The notes under the pieces are model-generated. The model was given only the letters and a program-made list of their open reading frames with translations, was not told the DNA's origin and ran no database searches. Source: Octopus vulgaris (taxonomy: Eukaryota). Taken from it: DNA of 64,000 bases. The stretch spans positions 109,120,001 through 109,184,000 of the forward strand of contig OX597814.1 in NCBI GenBank assembly GCA_951406725.2, read 5' to 3'. Numbering within the stretch: position 1 is the stretch's first letter; every line of letters begins with the position of its first letter. Positions 22,694 through 35,794 of this stretch are shown here, one piece after another. A program made the position numbers and the translations under genes.

Positions 22694-25600
22694 ATCCGGA
22701 GGAGGTGAGCACGTCACCTTCTTCCCTCTCGTTTCCCAAACATCGTGCATTCTATGTAAAAGATCTGGTGTCGAAGAAATTCTTCATGGTGGACACCGGC
22801 TCCTGTTGCAGCATCTGGCCCCTTCGTCTGGCTGCAGACAAGCCCAAGCGCTCTTCGATTGTCTTGCATGCTATTGACTCGTCTCCCATAACCACTTACG
22901 GTCAGATTTCGCTGCGCCTCGACCTCAACCTTCGTCGAGACTTTCGATGGGTTTTCGTCATCGCTGACATCCCGCATCCTATTCTCGGCGCTGATTTCCT
23001 GGATAGGTTTAACCTATTGGTGGATGTCAGGCGTCGGAGGCTTCTTGATAGCACGACGTCGCTCTCTACACCGACTGGGAGTTCCACCACTGCGGTCCTT
23101 AGCCCGACATTCTTTGTTGCCACCTCTGGAGACCCTTTTCACTCTCTTTTGGTTTCATTTCCGGAGCTTGTGGACATTGCCTTTAAACCAGAAGAGCCTA
23201 CCCACTCGACCCTCCATTTCATCACCACCAATGGGCCACCTGTATTCTCACGCCCCCGGCGCCTAGCGCCAGACCGACTAAAAACGGCCAGAGCCGAGTT
23301 TGAGCACATGCTTCAACTTGGCCTTATACGCCCCTCCACCAGCCCATGGGCATCTCCCCTTCATTTGGCGCGAAAGGGCGAGTCTGATTTTCGCCCGGTT
23401 GGAGACTATCGACGCCTCAATGCCGTCACAATAGCCGATCGCTATCCGATTAGAAATCTCCGGGACTTTACGGCAAATCTCCATGGTTGTACCATTTTTT
23501 CGAAGGTCGATCTGATACGCGCTTACCACCAAATACCGGTCAACTCAGCCGACGTTCCAAAAACTGCAATCACTACCCCGTTTGGGTGTTTTGAGTTTTT
23601 GTACATGAGTTTCGGTTTGCGGAATGCTACTAGCACCTTCCAGCGTTTCATCGATGAGGTTGTCCGCGGTCTTGATTTTGTGTTTGCCTATGTCGATGAC
23701 ATACTCATTGCGAGCGACACACGAGAAAATCATCTCCGGCACCTTTCTCAACTCTTCCAGCGTCTTCGCGCGTATAGCATACGCATAAACCCCGACAAGT
23801 GTGTTTTCGGACGCTCTTCCCTAGATTTTCTAGGGCATCATATTGATTCGACTGGAATCAGCCCCCTCTCGTCAAAAGTCGATGCCATTCAACGCATCGC
23901 ACCCCCCACTTCCTTGCGCCAGCTCAGGCATTATCTAGGGATGGTCAATTTCTACCGACGCTTCATTCCCGGTTGTGCAGATAAGCTGCTACCTCTCACC
24001 AGGCTGTTAAAGGACTCTCCTAGAAAGGACAGTCAAGTCACCCTCTCTGTTGAGGCAGTGACAGCCTTTGAGTCCATTAAGAAGGAGCTGGCTTCTGTCT
24101 CTTTGCTTGCACATCCAGTTCCTGGTGCTTCTCTCTCTTTGACTGTGGACGCATCGGACACTGCGATTGGCGCTGTGTTACAACACACAGTGGATGACCA
24201 TGTTCGACCTCTAGCCTTCTTTTCCCGTCAACTGCAACCAGCTGAACGACGATACAGCACCTTTGATCGTGAGCTCCTAGCGATCTATCTGTCGGTTCGT
24301 CATTTCCAGCATCAACTTGAAGGGCGAGATTTTGTGATCTATACGGATCACAAGCCCCTTACGTTTGCCCTGTTTTCAAAAACGGACAAACTCTCACCCC
24401 GTGCTTTTCGGCACCTGGATTTTATCTCTCAATTTACTAGCAACATTCGACACATACCTGGAAAAGAGAACGTTCCTGCTGACGCTCTCTCTCACCTTCC
24501 AGTTTGCGCCCTTTCGTCTCCTGCTGCTATCGACTTGGCTGCCATATCGCAGGAGCAGCCACCTTTGGCGTCGTTAGATTTAACTTCTCCCAAGTTCTCC
24601 TGTTGCCAGTTTTCCTACCTTCCGCTTCCGTCAGCCGAAGGCACCATTCTTTGTGACACTTCCACTGGATCTCCCAGGCCACTTGTGCCTGAGACCCATC
24701 AACGCTCAGTGTTTGAAGCACTGCACTCCTTATCACATCCTGGCATCGCTGCCACCCTCAAACTAATCACTGCTCGGTTTTTCTGGCCGAATATGCATCG
24801 CACAATTACTTCTTGGACACGCACCTGCTCCAAGTGTCAACGATCCAAGATTCAACGGCACGTTCGTGCCCCGCTTGGACAATTTCCCCCCACGGAGGCC
24901 CGTTTTCGCCATGTCCACATCGATCTGGTTGGACCATGGCCTGTGAGTCGCGGGTTCTCTTATCTATTAACTTGTGTCGATCGCTTCTCTCGCTGGCCAG
25001 AAGCCATTCCGATAGCAGACATTTCTGCTGAGACTGTTGCGCGAGCTTTCGTTTCAAACTGGATTTCTCGCTTCGGAGTCCCGTCCCGATTGACAACTGA
25101 TCGTGGACGACAGTTTGAGGCCTCGCTATTTCGCGAATTGTCGCGAATTTTGGGTATGCACCATATCCACACCACAAGCTACCATCCAGCGTCTAATGGA
25201 TTGGTTGAGCGGTTCCATAGACAGCTCAAGGCCGCTCTTCGTGCCTCTTCAGACCCACAGTCCTGGATCGAATTTCTGCCCATTGTGCTTCTCGGCTGTC
25301 GGACTGCTGTCAAGGCAGACCTGGGGTTTTCTGCTGCAGAGCTGCTGTATGGTACCACACTGGCATTGCCCGGTACGATGTTGGTGCCAGACACTTCCCC
25401 GCCCCATGATCCGGCGACCTATGTCACCAGACTGCGGGAATATTTTTCAAACCTTCCGCCCATGCTTCCCAGAAAGCAATCTCCACCGTCCCATCTTCCA
25501 CCGGATATGAACACCTGGTCGCATGTTTTTGTTCGGGACGATTCTGTGAAGGGCCCACTTGTTTCTCCCTATAAAGGACCTTTTCGTGTGCTTTCTCGCA

Positions 25601-25920
25601 CACCAAAGGTTTTCACGATTGAGATAAATGGTCGTTCGGAGACCGTTTCCGTGGACCGTTTAAAAAAGGCACATTTTGAGACGTCTTCATCTTTTGATGA
25701 CAACCTTGACACACCCACCTATGCACCTTTAACAACACTTTCACCTGCACAAACGCCTTCACCTGCACAAACACCTTCACCTGCACAGACGCCTTTGCCT
25801 TCACCGGCTCCTACAACACCACCCTCGCCGTCAACGGGTGCCCCGAGCACACCGTATGTTACAAAATCGGGCAGAACAGTGCATTGGCCCAAGAAACTTT
25901 CAAAAGCAATTTACATTTAA
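22615..25920 (+). CDS. pol: Pol polyprotein (protease, RT, RNase H, integrase), probably entered by -1 frameshift at about 22690
   Basis: VDTGS, YVDD, DASD...ADALS, HHCC zinc finger, DDE integrase core, GPF/GPY-type motif; 1101 aa uninterrupted. Confidence 0.96.
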   Translation: MLVPFEICRKGRSVYPAVHFQALGKLNPEEVSTSPSSLSFPKHRAFYVKDLVSKKFFMVDTGSCCSIWPLRLAADKPKRSSIVLHAIDSSPITTYGQISLRLDLNLRRDFRWVFVIADIPHPILGADFLDRFNLLVDVRRRRLLDSTTSLSTPTGSSTTAVLSPTFFVATSGDPFHSLLVSFPELVDIAFKPEEPTHSTLHFITTNGPPVFSRPRRLAPDRLKTARAEFEHMLQLGLIRPSTSPWASPLHLARKGESDFRPVGDYRRLNAVTIADRYPIRNLRDFTANLHGCTIFSKVDLIRAYHQIPVNSADVPKTAITTPFGCFEFLYMSFGLRNATSTFQRFIDEVVRGLDFVFAYVDDILIASDTRENHLRHLSQLFQRLRAYSIRINPDKCVFGRSSLDFLGHHIDSTGISPLSSKVDAIQRIAPPTSLRQLRHYLGMVNFYRRFIPGCADKLLPLTRLLKDSPRKDSQVTLSVEAVTAFESIKKELASVSLLAHPVPGASLSLTVDASDTAIGAVLQHTVDDHVRPLAFFSRQLQPAERRYSTFDRELLAIYLSVRHFQHQLEGRDFVIYTDHKPLTFALFSKTDKLSPRAFRHLDFISQFTSNIRHIPGKENVPADALSHLPVCALSSPAAIDLAAISQEQPPLASLDLTSPKFSCCQFSYLPLPSAEGTILCDTSTGSPRPLVPETHQRSVFEALHSLSHPGIAATLKLITARFFWPNMHRTITSWTRTCSKCQRSKIQRHVRAPLGQFPPTEARFRHVHIDLVGPWPVSRGFSYLLTCVDRFSRWPEAIPIADISAETVARAFVSNWISRFGVPSRLTTDRGRQFEASLFRELSRILGMHHIHTTSYHPASNGLVERFHRQLKAALRASSDPQSWIEFLPIVLLGCRTAVKADLGFSAAELLYGTTLALPGTMLVPDTSPPHDPATYVTRLREYFSNLPPMLPRKQSPPSHLPPDMNTWSHVFVRDDSVKGPLVSPYKGPFRVLSRTPKVFTIEINGRSETVSVDRLKKAHFETSSSFDDNLDTPTYAPLTTLSPAQTPSPAQTPSPAQTPLPSPAPTTPPSPSTGAPSTPYVTKSGRTVHWPKKLSKAIYI
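22684..22724 (+). promoter_or_regulatory. Putative -1 ribosomal frameshift signal
   Basis: G GAA AAC slippery site just before the gag stop, 7-nt spacer, 11-bp hairpin GGAGGAGGUGA-gcacg-UCACCUUCUUC. Confidence 0.7.
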
Positions 25921-26037
25921 CTTTCTTCAAAATGTTTCTTATTGTATAATAGTATGTACCAAGTCTTCTGGGGGATCGGCAAGCCTTCTGTTTTCTGCAG
26001 CACCACCACAATATTCTAGTTGCCGTACTTCGCACTC

Positions 26038-26049
26038 GGAGGGGAGCCC
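26038..26049 (+). promoter_or_regulatory. Polypurine tract
   Basis: ggaggggagccc immediately before the 3' LTR. Confidence 0.8.
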
Positions 26050-26466
26050 TGTAGTGATGCTACTGTGTAGGGTTCGGCGCGCATGCGCAGAATGGGACTA
26101 CTTCCGGGTGGCCACCGGAAGTCTTCCCCATGCGCATGTGCGGGAAAACATCTCTCGAGCCCGCGAACCTCAAATCTCTCTCTTCGCCTCAAGACAGCAC
26201 TGCGATCGGTCACGGTTTTCCTGGCTCTGACAGCCACACACCAGCTTCAACCAACTTCAACCAACCTCAACGACCAACACCAGCAGAATATCAGAGGCTG
26301 TCTATTCCCCCCATCAGACAACGTACAACCATGAATCAATAAACCAAGTTGTCTGTTCACCTTAACCTGAGTTTCGTCTGTTTGTTTTCTGCAAGAATTT
26401 TGTATGTGACTGGAAAGGATCTCAACACCCTTCCAGTGCTTCGGTGATAGATCCTTACACGTTACA
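26050..26466 (+). repeat. 3' LTR
   Basis: Matches the 5' LTR. Confidence 0.97.
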
Positions 26467-29119
26467 CATCTGAGTCAAATTTTATCAAATTCTGATTGTA
26501 AACAATTCATCATCATCGTTTAATGTCCGCTTTCGATGATAATGATGATGATGAATAGTTTACAATCAGAATTTGATAAACTTAGGCTCAGATGTGAGGT
26601 TTAAACAGGAGATTAAAACAGATTTCTTTTAGAAAATTACTATAATAATCTTTACTCCAAAGTACTGTTGCTGAATATCTCTCTTTGTGAGATTTAAAAA
26701 TAGTGATTTTTTAATTTATAGATCAGTGACTAGTTGTCACTTTGAAAACTATATATTTCGAATGGGAATTTGGCAGTGCCACCTCTAGCCAAACAATTAT
26801 TCTGTGCTGATGAAAGAAAATAACCTGAAAATCGCGATACACAGATATTGTTTTGAGCTGAGTGGGGTGCTAGATTCCCTTGTTCGAAAATATAAGGACA
26901 CAGATCATGTCGTATAGCCAGCTGGAGACAATGTCTCCTGGGGTTAAATTACAGCAACATTAGTCCTAAACCTGGACTGCCATGTTATGTTGGCAGACAA
27001 TCTTTACTCCAAAAATTTGACTCAATTTCTCTAAAGGTCAATTTCATGGAGACAGTGAGCTAATTGTAATGTTATTGTCAGTCCAAATATGCTTGATGCA
27101 TGTTCGAACTGGAAAACAAGCTGCTCACTGCGTTTTGTCCTGGAAAATATATCCTGTTTGATAACAAATGGTTGTATACAACTAGATCAGCTCATAGCGC
27201 CACCTACCCAGAATGTGAGATGCTAGCATTTCGGAGTAGTTATCTCCTCTTGGGTAGGTGGCACTGCAAGCTGATCTAGGTGTATACACAACATTTGTAA
27301 ACAAACAGGATAAATTCTCCCAACGTCGCCTTACTGGCACCTGTGCCAGTGGAATGTGTAAAAGATTCGAGTGTGGCCATTGCCTGTACTGCCTGACTGA
27401 CCCACGTGCCGGTGGCACGTAAAAAGCATCCACTACACTCTCGGGGCGGTTGGCATTAGGAAGGGTATCCAGCTGTAGAAACTCTACCAGATCAAGATTG
27501 GAGCCTGGTGCGGCCATCTGGTTCGCCAGCCCTCAGTCAAAGGGCTGATAATAACAGATTAATAATAACATTACAATTTCACTTATCACTGCTTAGCACC
27601 CCCCCCCCCTCTGTAAACACTTACATTGGAGCACTATAAACAAATCATTTGCGCAGGGCATTCAGCAACAACCGAACACTCATGAGTTATCTTTGACAAC
27701 AGATTCCATCATCATTATCATCGTTTAATGTCCGCTTTCCATGCTAGCATGGATTGGACGATTTTGACTGAGGGCTGGCGAACCAGACAGCCACACCAGG
27801 TTCCAATCTTGATCTGGCAGAATTTCTACAGCTGGATGCCCTGCCTAATGCCAACCACTCTGAGAGTGTAGTGGGTGCTTTTTACGTGTCATCAGCACGA
27901 GGGTCGGTTAGGTGGTACTGGCAACAACCTCGCTCGAATCTTTTTACACATGTCACTGGCACAGGTGCCAGTAAGGCAATGCTAGTAACGATCACGCTCG
28001 AATGGTGCCCTGTTACATGCCACCAGCACAGAAGCCAGTTAGCCGCTCTGGCAACAATCACGCTCAGATGGTGCTCTTGGCACCCTACTAGCACAGGCAC
28101 AAGTACCATCATCATATGTAAATATATATACATATTATCATCATCATCATCATTGTTGTTTAACATCCGCCTTTCATGCTATCATGAGTGGGACAGTTTG
28201 ACAGGAGCCGGTCAGACAGAAGCCTGCACCAGACTTCTGTGACTGTTTTGGAAAGATGCCCTTCCCAATGCCAACCAATCAGCACAGTGGACTTAGTACT
28301 TTTTACATGGCACAAGCACAAGCAAGGTCAGTTTTGGCAAGGTTTTTACAGCTGGATGCCCTTCCGGATGCCAACCATATATGTATGTATATAAGATGGA
28401 GGTGGAAAAAGCACAGAAGTGAATCTAAGACATTTCAAGTTAAGAAGGAATCTAATAAAATGATTTTTACAATTATATAATGAAAATATTACCGGTTTCA
28501 ATGATGAATCTCATCTTATCAAATATCATCATCATCATCATTGTTTAACGTCTGTTTTCTGTGCTAGCATGGGTCGGACGGTTTGACCAGGGTCTGGGAA
28601 GCCAGGAGGCTGCACCAGGCTCCAGTCTGATCTGGCAGTGTTTCTACAGCTGGATGCCCTTCCTAACGCCAACCACTCCATGAGTGTAGTGGGTGCTTTT
28701 TACATGCTACTGGCACAAGTGCCAGGGGAGGCTGGCTAATGGCCACGATCGGTTGGTGCTTTTTACGTGTCACCAACACGGATGCCAGTCAGGTGGCGCT
28801 GGCATCAGACACATTCAGATGGGGCTTTTTACGTTTAATTAAATAGACAATGTACATTTATATACTTATTTCATTTGCCAACATTACAAAGAGGGTAGAT
28901 ATATAGACAGAGAGGTTAATTTTATCATTAAGAACATGGCAGTAGAAGGTCCTTCCCCATGGGCAGATTTTTTATCACTGAGTTCACTTTGTTATTTAGA
29001 TTTATCAATGGGGAGGGGGTTTCTTTATTTGGTTTAATATATACATATATATTCCTACAGAACAATCTACTAAGGACAACAGACCAAATTTGTTGTTGGA
29101 GCAAAGTCCCTGTCAGACT

Positions 29120-30070
29120 AGAGTGTTAGTGAGAATCGGGATACTGTAAGAGAGAAGTATTTGCAGAGGGACAATGGTGTGGAAAAGTTACTCTGTGAGA
29201 CTGTTGAATGTAGAGAATGAATGGAATAAAGGGAGTCACTTTCATGTGAGCCCAACAGATGGACCAGCTATCCTAGGGGACAGTAGTATGGTAGATAAAG
29301 CAGTTAAAAGTAATGAAACTGGGAAAACCCTTGGTTCATCCAGAATCACAGCTGAGATGCTCAAAATATCCAGTAAGGTAGGAGATATGGGCTGGTCACC
29401 TGCATAAATAACCAGGTCATTCAAGGTGTAATACCCAGTGACTGGCATAGCAGCATAATTGTTAGCTGTTACAAGACTAAAAGTGATGTGTTAGACAGAA
29501 GCGATTACAGAGGCATTAAACTCTTGGACCAGGTGATGAAAATTACAGAGAGATTTATTGTCCAGTATATAAGGAGCAGAATTAAGCTACACAAAATGCA
29601 GTGCAGCTTTGTCCAGGGAAGAAGCACTAGTGATGCTATTTTCATAGTTAGGCCACTGCAAAAGAAGTAATTTGCTTAGAATAAGCCATTATACTTGGCA
29701 TTAACTGGTCTAGAGAAAATGATCCCTGTTGTGATATGGTGGTCTCTGAGGAAGCTAGGGATAGATAAGGGGCTGATGAAAGTGTACAGGGCATGTACAA
29801 AGATGCTGTCAGTAAGGTGAGAGTTAACCACGAATACAGTGAAGAATTTGGTGTACAGGTAGGGGTTCATCAAGCTCAGTCCTTAGTCCCATCTTTCTCA
29901 TCATTGCTTTCCAGGCTGTAACAGAGGAATTCAAGACCAGAAACCCCTGGGAACTACTATATGCTGATGAACTAGCCCTCATAGCAGATTCCATATCAGA
30001 GCTAGAAGAAAAATTTTAGGTGTGGAAAAAAAGCCTAGAATCTAAGGGCCTGAAGCTTAACTTAGCAAAG
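29120..30070 (+). mobile_element. Decayed RTE-clade LINE RT fragment
   Basis: DYRGIKLLDQVMKITER, FVQGRSTSDAIFIVR, VGVHQ...LSP, LLYADEL, with stops and frameshifts. Confidence 0.8.
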
Positions 30071-30802
30071 ACTCATCATCATCATTGTTCGACCGTGGTC
30101 GAGACAATGGAATTTACTATGTTACACCAAACTTCACAGTCCATCATAGCATTACGGAGGTCCTGTTGCTGGATGCCTGTATCCCTGGAGATTACATCAG
30201 GGTAGGAGAGTGTGCACCCTCTGGTATCGTGAGCAGATGGCTTCCGGAGGAGAAGAGTAGAAATTACCTCATTTTCAGCTCTACAACAATGTCCAGCAAA
30301 CTGGACTCTTCTACCCCACTCAGGTAGGTGGACCTGTTCAATATATAGGAAAGGTGTAGGCAGGAACTCCATACAGGGTACCCAGTGCAAGTTATGGACA
30401 CACAAGAAGTTCCACATAAAAGCATTCAGCACATTCTGTAAAGTGGTTGGCATTAGAAAGGGTATCGAGCTGTAGAAACCATGTCAAATCAGACCAGGGT
30501 CTGATGCAGCCCTGCCCTCCCCCCAGGCTTGCCAGTTCTGATAACACTGTCCAACCCATTCCAGCATGGGTAACGGACATTAAATGATGATGATGATATA
30601 TATATACACACACACACAACAGGCTTCATACAATTTCTATCTACCCAATTCACTCTCAAAGCATTTGTTGACTCAAGGCTGTAGTAGAAAACACTTGCCC
30701 AAGATGCCACATGGTGGAACTCAACCAAGAGCCACATGGGTGCAAATCAAACTTCTTAAACACCACAGCTAGGCCTGAAGAACTATTAAACAATATACTA
30801 AC

Positions 30803-30986
30803 CTTCTTGTTCTTTTAATTCTTTTTTCCTGTTTTGGTAAGTATGGAAATCAAGTCTGAGGCTGATATGAAAAATGTACCGTCTGTTATTAAAGGCTTTA
30901 AGGATGACCTGTTCAAGCAACTGGAAGCTGGGACTGAACACACTTTCAAGACTATCAATGACAACACCTTTGTGACAGTCAGGCAT
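30803..30986 (-). CDS. HYDIN: HYDIN exon (MPDCHKGVVIDSLESVFSPSFQLLEQVILKAFNNRRYIFHISLRLDF...)
   Basis: Resembles HYDIN DCYRGVVFDGL; AG/GT boundaries; phase consistent. Confidence 0.9.
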
Positions 30987-31100
30987 CTGAAAGAAATTGC
31001 AATTATAAAACAAATATTAAAGGGCTTTTAGCTTCTCTGCTTTCTTTACATCCACCACTTTACATCCAAACAACAACAACTGTAGCAGCAACAGCAAGTG

Positions 31101-31470
31101 GAGGCGCAATGGCCCAGTGGTTAGGGCAGTGGACTCGCGGTTTCGATTCCCAGACCGGGCGTTGTGTGTGTTTATTGAGCAAAAACACCTAAAGCTCCAT
31201 GAGGCTTCGGCAGGGGATGGTGGCAACCCCTGTTGTACTCTTTCACTCCAACTTTCTCTCACTCTTTCTTCCTGTTTCTTGTCCCCAACTTCCTACGCAA
31301 CCGCTGAGCCTAGATGCACATTCATCCATCCGTTGATACTCTCGGTGTCGAGGGTTGACCTGCTTTCTCTTCTGCGGGTCTTACGAATAGCAAAGGACCA
31401 TGTTTCGGATTTCTCCCATCTTGCAAGCTCTGAGACGAAGACCGTTCGCTCAACAGCAACAACAACAACA
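31101..31470 (+). mobile_element. tRNA-derived SINE, family C head with an alternative body and (CAA)n tail
   Basis: Head matches 4463-4650; the 3' half differs. Confidence 0.7.
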
Positions 31471-33545
31471 ACGCTTTCTAATTGATGTATCAATACCAAC
31501 AGATGACAATGTTTTTCTAAAACGAATGGAGAAACTTCCAAAATACAAAGATCTGGAAATAGAGGTAACTCGAATGTGGAGACTAAAAATAGAAACAATT
31601 CCTATCATAGTAGGCACATTAGATATGATAAAAAAAATATTCAACAAAAACACCAGGGCCAAGAAGTATAAATAACCATCAGAAAATAACACTACTAGGC
31701 ACTGCACACATGCTTATGGTTACTTTCACTACAATAACCATAAGAGCATCACAACAAACTACAGTACATACCCAAGGCACACAGAGCTGCGCTCGGTAGT
31801 GCAGTGAAAGCAAGTGATAAAAGTAAGACTACTGTATGATGGTGATGATGATGAGGAGGATTCAGGACCAGGCGGGGTCCAAGGTTATTGGATGACGAAA
31901 TTGACAGGTATCCATGAAAGGATAGTGAAACAGCCAGATGAGTGCTTGCAGGAAGGTGCAGCACCCAGCTGGACGAAAATGGGAAAGACATTGTTATGTG
32001 CCACGGATCCTGAAAAGGGAAATGTTGCATCCAACTTCCAACCAATAATATGTCTTCCGCTAATGTGGGAACTAATGTCAGGTGCTTTGGCCGGTGAACT
32101 GTACAGATACTTAGAAAAAAGTGGGCTGCTACTTACTGAACAGAAAAGGGTGCTGAAAGAAGAGTCGGGGAATGAAGGATCAGCTCTTAGCCAATAATCT
32201 AATAATGAGAAACTGCAAGAGAAGACACACAAACCTGAGCATGGCATGAGTTGACTATCGAAAAGCAGAGGATATGATAGCACACTTCTGGATAATATGA
32301 ACAGTGGAAATGTATGGAGTAGTAGAAAATATGGGAAGCCTTATAAAGAACAGTATGAAATGGTGGAGAATGGAATTGACAGCAGGGAATCAAGTATTAG
32401 GTGAGGTGAAGATCAAGAGAGGAATCTTCCAGGTGAACAGTGTGTCCCCACTGATCTTTGTGCTGGGAATGATCCCCTTGAGTGAAATACTACAGAAAAC
32501 AAAGTTGGGGTATGATCTGGGAAGAGGTAAGGGAAAACTGGACCACTTGTTATTCATGGATGACCTGAAGCTATTCACAAAAATGAGGCAGAACTGGACA
32601 GCCTAATCCAGTCAGTGTGGATTTTCTCCAATGATATTAATATGGAGTTTGGGCTCTCAAAATGCGCTACCATGGTGATGAGATGAGGAAAGCTTGTCAG
32701 GACAGAAGGTATAGGGTTGCCAAGTGGTGAGATGACAAAGGCAATTCAACCTCAATCCAGTGATAAATACTTGGGAATATTTGGGGGAGAAAGAATCAAA
32801 TACAATGACATGACGGAAAAGACAAAAAGGGAGCACCTGTGACAAGTAAGAGAAATATTGGCTTCAAAACCGAATGCCAGAAACATAATTTCAGCAATCA
32901 ACTTGTGCGCAGTCACAGTAGTGTAGTATGGCGCCGGAATCTTGAAGTGGACAGAGAAAAAGCTAAAAGAGATTGACAGGAGGTCAAGAGAGCCCCTAAC
33001 AATGTATGGAGCCCATCATCCACTTGCAGACACTGACTGCCTATACATGAAGAGAGCAAATGGAGGGAGACAGATAAGTGTGGAAGACTACACTAACCCT
33101 AACCCAACCTAGCACCATCGAGGCACTTGAGTGAGGCACTGAGCCTGATCGGGTGACGGCGGGGCAAAAAAATTAAGAGACTTAGTGCCTCGTATTGTGT
33201 ATCAATATTAAAGCAAGAGGTTTAATGACTCAGTCTGTTGTTTCGTTTTGTGTTTTGAGTTTATTGTTTGTAAGAGGCTCAGAGCCTCAATTTATAATGA
33301 ATTATGGAACTAAAGTAAGAGGTTTAATACCTTGAATTGTTTATACTACATAAAAAAAAAAAGAATGTTTTAGCAAAGCAAAAAATCAGCAGGCGTTTTT
33401 TGTCTTCTCCCATCAATATCATCCTTCATCATTCATCTCATCAATGTTTTCGTCCAGCCCACAAGCTACTCCCTCTGTGTTATGCCTTTATGGTAAAATT
33501 TTGAAATAAAGTGTGGAAGACTACATACATATTGAACTTGAGAGG
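31471..33545 (+). mobile_element. Fragments of R4/Dong-type (RLE) non-LTR retrotransposons
   Basis: RLE end LIDVSIPTDDN...KYKDLEIEVTRMW...PIIVGTL (about 31471-31830); RT IKRGIFQ...SPLIF and HLLFMDDLKLF (about 31870-33090). Another RLE fragment lies at about 46920-47190 on the minus strand. Confidence 0.8.
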
Positions 33546-35392
33546 TAAAGGAGATACAGCTGGATGCCCTTCCTAATGCCAACAACTCCAATAGTGTAGT
33601 GGGTGCTTTTTACGTGCCACCAGCACAGGTGTCGTTGACCCCACACTGACATCAGTCATAACTATGGTCTTACTTGGCTTGACAAGTCTACACAAGCACG
33701 GTGTATCACCAAGGGTCTTGGTCACCTGTCATTGCCTCCATGAGGCCCAACACATGAACGGTACTTTATACGTGCCAGTCAGATGGCACTGGCATTGGCT
33801 ACAACTACAACTACAACTGGTTCAATATTAGGCAAGTTCACACACACACACTGCCTACCTTTTTCTCTCTCACTTCTGTGTATCTATCTATACACACACA
33901 CTTTCCTCCTCATTCTCCATAGTTCTTTCTCTCTGTGTGTGTGTGTGTGAGTGCTTGTGTATGTATGTATAGCATTCTTTAATCATTCTGTGCTCTCAAG
34001 CCTAGTCTGTGCACCCATCCAGAACGTCACATAATAAATCTTTTTGCTTCTCTCTTTTACTCCCCACCTACCCCCGACTCTCAAAACAATGTAAAGCATG
34101 AATGGAGAAATCAACCAATCAACCAGCTAATATTATTATTATCATTATAATATAAGGCAGTGAACTGACAGAATCATTAGATACTGGACGAAATGCTTAG
34201 CACTATTTCGCTCGTCACTACATTCTGAGTTCAAATTCCGTTGAGGTTGACTTTGCCTGTCATCCCTTCAGGGTCGATAAGATAAGTACCAGTAGAACAC
34301 TGGGAGCAATGATATCGACTCATCCCCTCACCCAAAATAGCTGCCCTTGTGGCAAAATTTGAAACCATCGTTATTATTATTATTATTATTACTACCCAGG
34401 AAAGACCCGGGATGCTTCCGGCTCCAGTTCCGCATAGCCCCTGCCCATTCAAAGTACCTTGGATCCCGGAACATCTCGCTGTGCTTGAGGAGACCTGTTG
34501 AGTCAAGTGCATGTACACGAACATCGAAACAAATATCAATGGAAATAGTAGTTGTGATACCTGTATCGGTGGCACATAAAAAGCACCATCCAAACGTGGC
34601 CGTTGCCAGCGCCGCCTCGACTGGCTTCTGTGCCGGTGGCACGTTAAAAGCACCAACCGATTGTGGCCAATGCCAGACCCCCCTGGCACCTGTGCAGGTG
34701 GCATGTAAAAAGCACCCACTACCCTCGCGGAGTGGTTGGCGTTAGGAAGGGCATCCAGCTGTAGAAACACTGCCAGATCAGACTGAAGCCTGGTGCAGCC
34801 CTGGCTTCCCAGACCCCGGTCGAACCGTCCAACCCATGCTAGCGCAGAAAACAGACGTTAAACGATGATGATGATGAAGATGATTACTATTATTACTATT
34901 ATTACATTGAGCCTTTTGGTCGTCTTCATATTCTAAGTTCAAATACTGCTGAAGTCGACTTTGCCTTTCACCCTTTCAGGGTCAGTAAAATAAGTGCCAG
35001 TTGAGCGCTGGGGGTTGATGTAATTGACTTAACTCCTCCCCCTGAAATTGCTGGCCTTGTGCCAAAATTTAAAATCATTATTATCATTATTATTGTTAAG
35101 GCAGCGAGGTGGTAGAGTTGTCAGCACACGGGGCAAAATACTTAACAGGATTTTGTCTGTCTTTACGTTCTGAGTTCAAATTCCACCAAAGTCGGCTTTG
35201 CCTTTCATCCTCTCATGATCGATAATTAAGTACCAGTGAAACACTGGTGTGGGGGTGGGGGTGATGTAACTGACTAGTCCCCTCCCGCAAAATTTCAGAC
35301 CTTGTTTCTTTTAGTAGAAAGGATTATTATTTTTATTATTAATAGTAACATTGGAAAAAATTTAGACAGGATATAAAACATGAATAGTTTAC

Positions 35393-35533
35393 CTGCAGAC
35401 GGTCAGCTAAAATTTCAACAAGAACATCTTCAGGTAAGATACAACTTACAAGTCCAGCTTCCCCAGCAATTCCAGATTTAATGTTTAATTCTTTAACAGG
35501 GGGGTACACGAGTGGCGGAGGGCTGACTGATTG
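35393..35533 (-). CDS. HYDIN: HYDIN exon (QSVSPPPLVYPPVKELNIKSGIAGEAGLVSCILPEDVLVEILADRLQ)
   Basis: Resembles HYDIN GETGLMSCVLPDELLVQILAERIQ; 141 bp, phase 0-0. Confidence 0.92.
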
Positions 35534-35794
35534 CTGCGAAATATGGAAATATCAAAAGAGGATTATAATCAGACTTAATTAAAAAGATGCAGTTTAACAT
35601 TTACAAGGGATGAACTATAATTTTATAGCCTAAATACCAGAAAGAAAAGGCGGATGGATAACAAATGGTAAAAATGTTGGAGGATGTTCCTTTATATTCT
35701 AATTTCAAGTCCAGCCTATGTCCACTGTGTTTCCATCCTTTCAAGGTCAATGAAATAAGTGCTAAGGTAAATGTAATCAGTTTTACCTCATATA

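Larger units (their letters stand above)
21154..26466 (+). mobile_element. Full-length Ty3/Gypsy LTR retrotransposon, CsRn1 clade
   Basis: TG...CA 417-bp LTRs with no differences seen; 4-bp TSD CATC (21150-21153 / 26467-26470); tRNA-Trp PBS; PPT; Gag with CHCC motif; PR-RT-RH-IN order. Confidence 0.97.

Noticed and set aside
25741-25795. (SPAQTP)x3 repeat at the Pol C-terminus as a novel domain
   Set aside because: An 18-bp tandem duplication in the disordered integrase tail before the common T(K/R)SGR motif; no chromodomain or env is evident.
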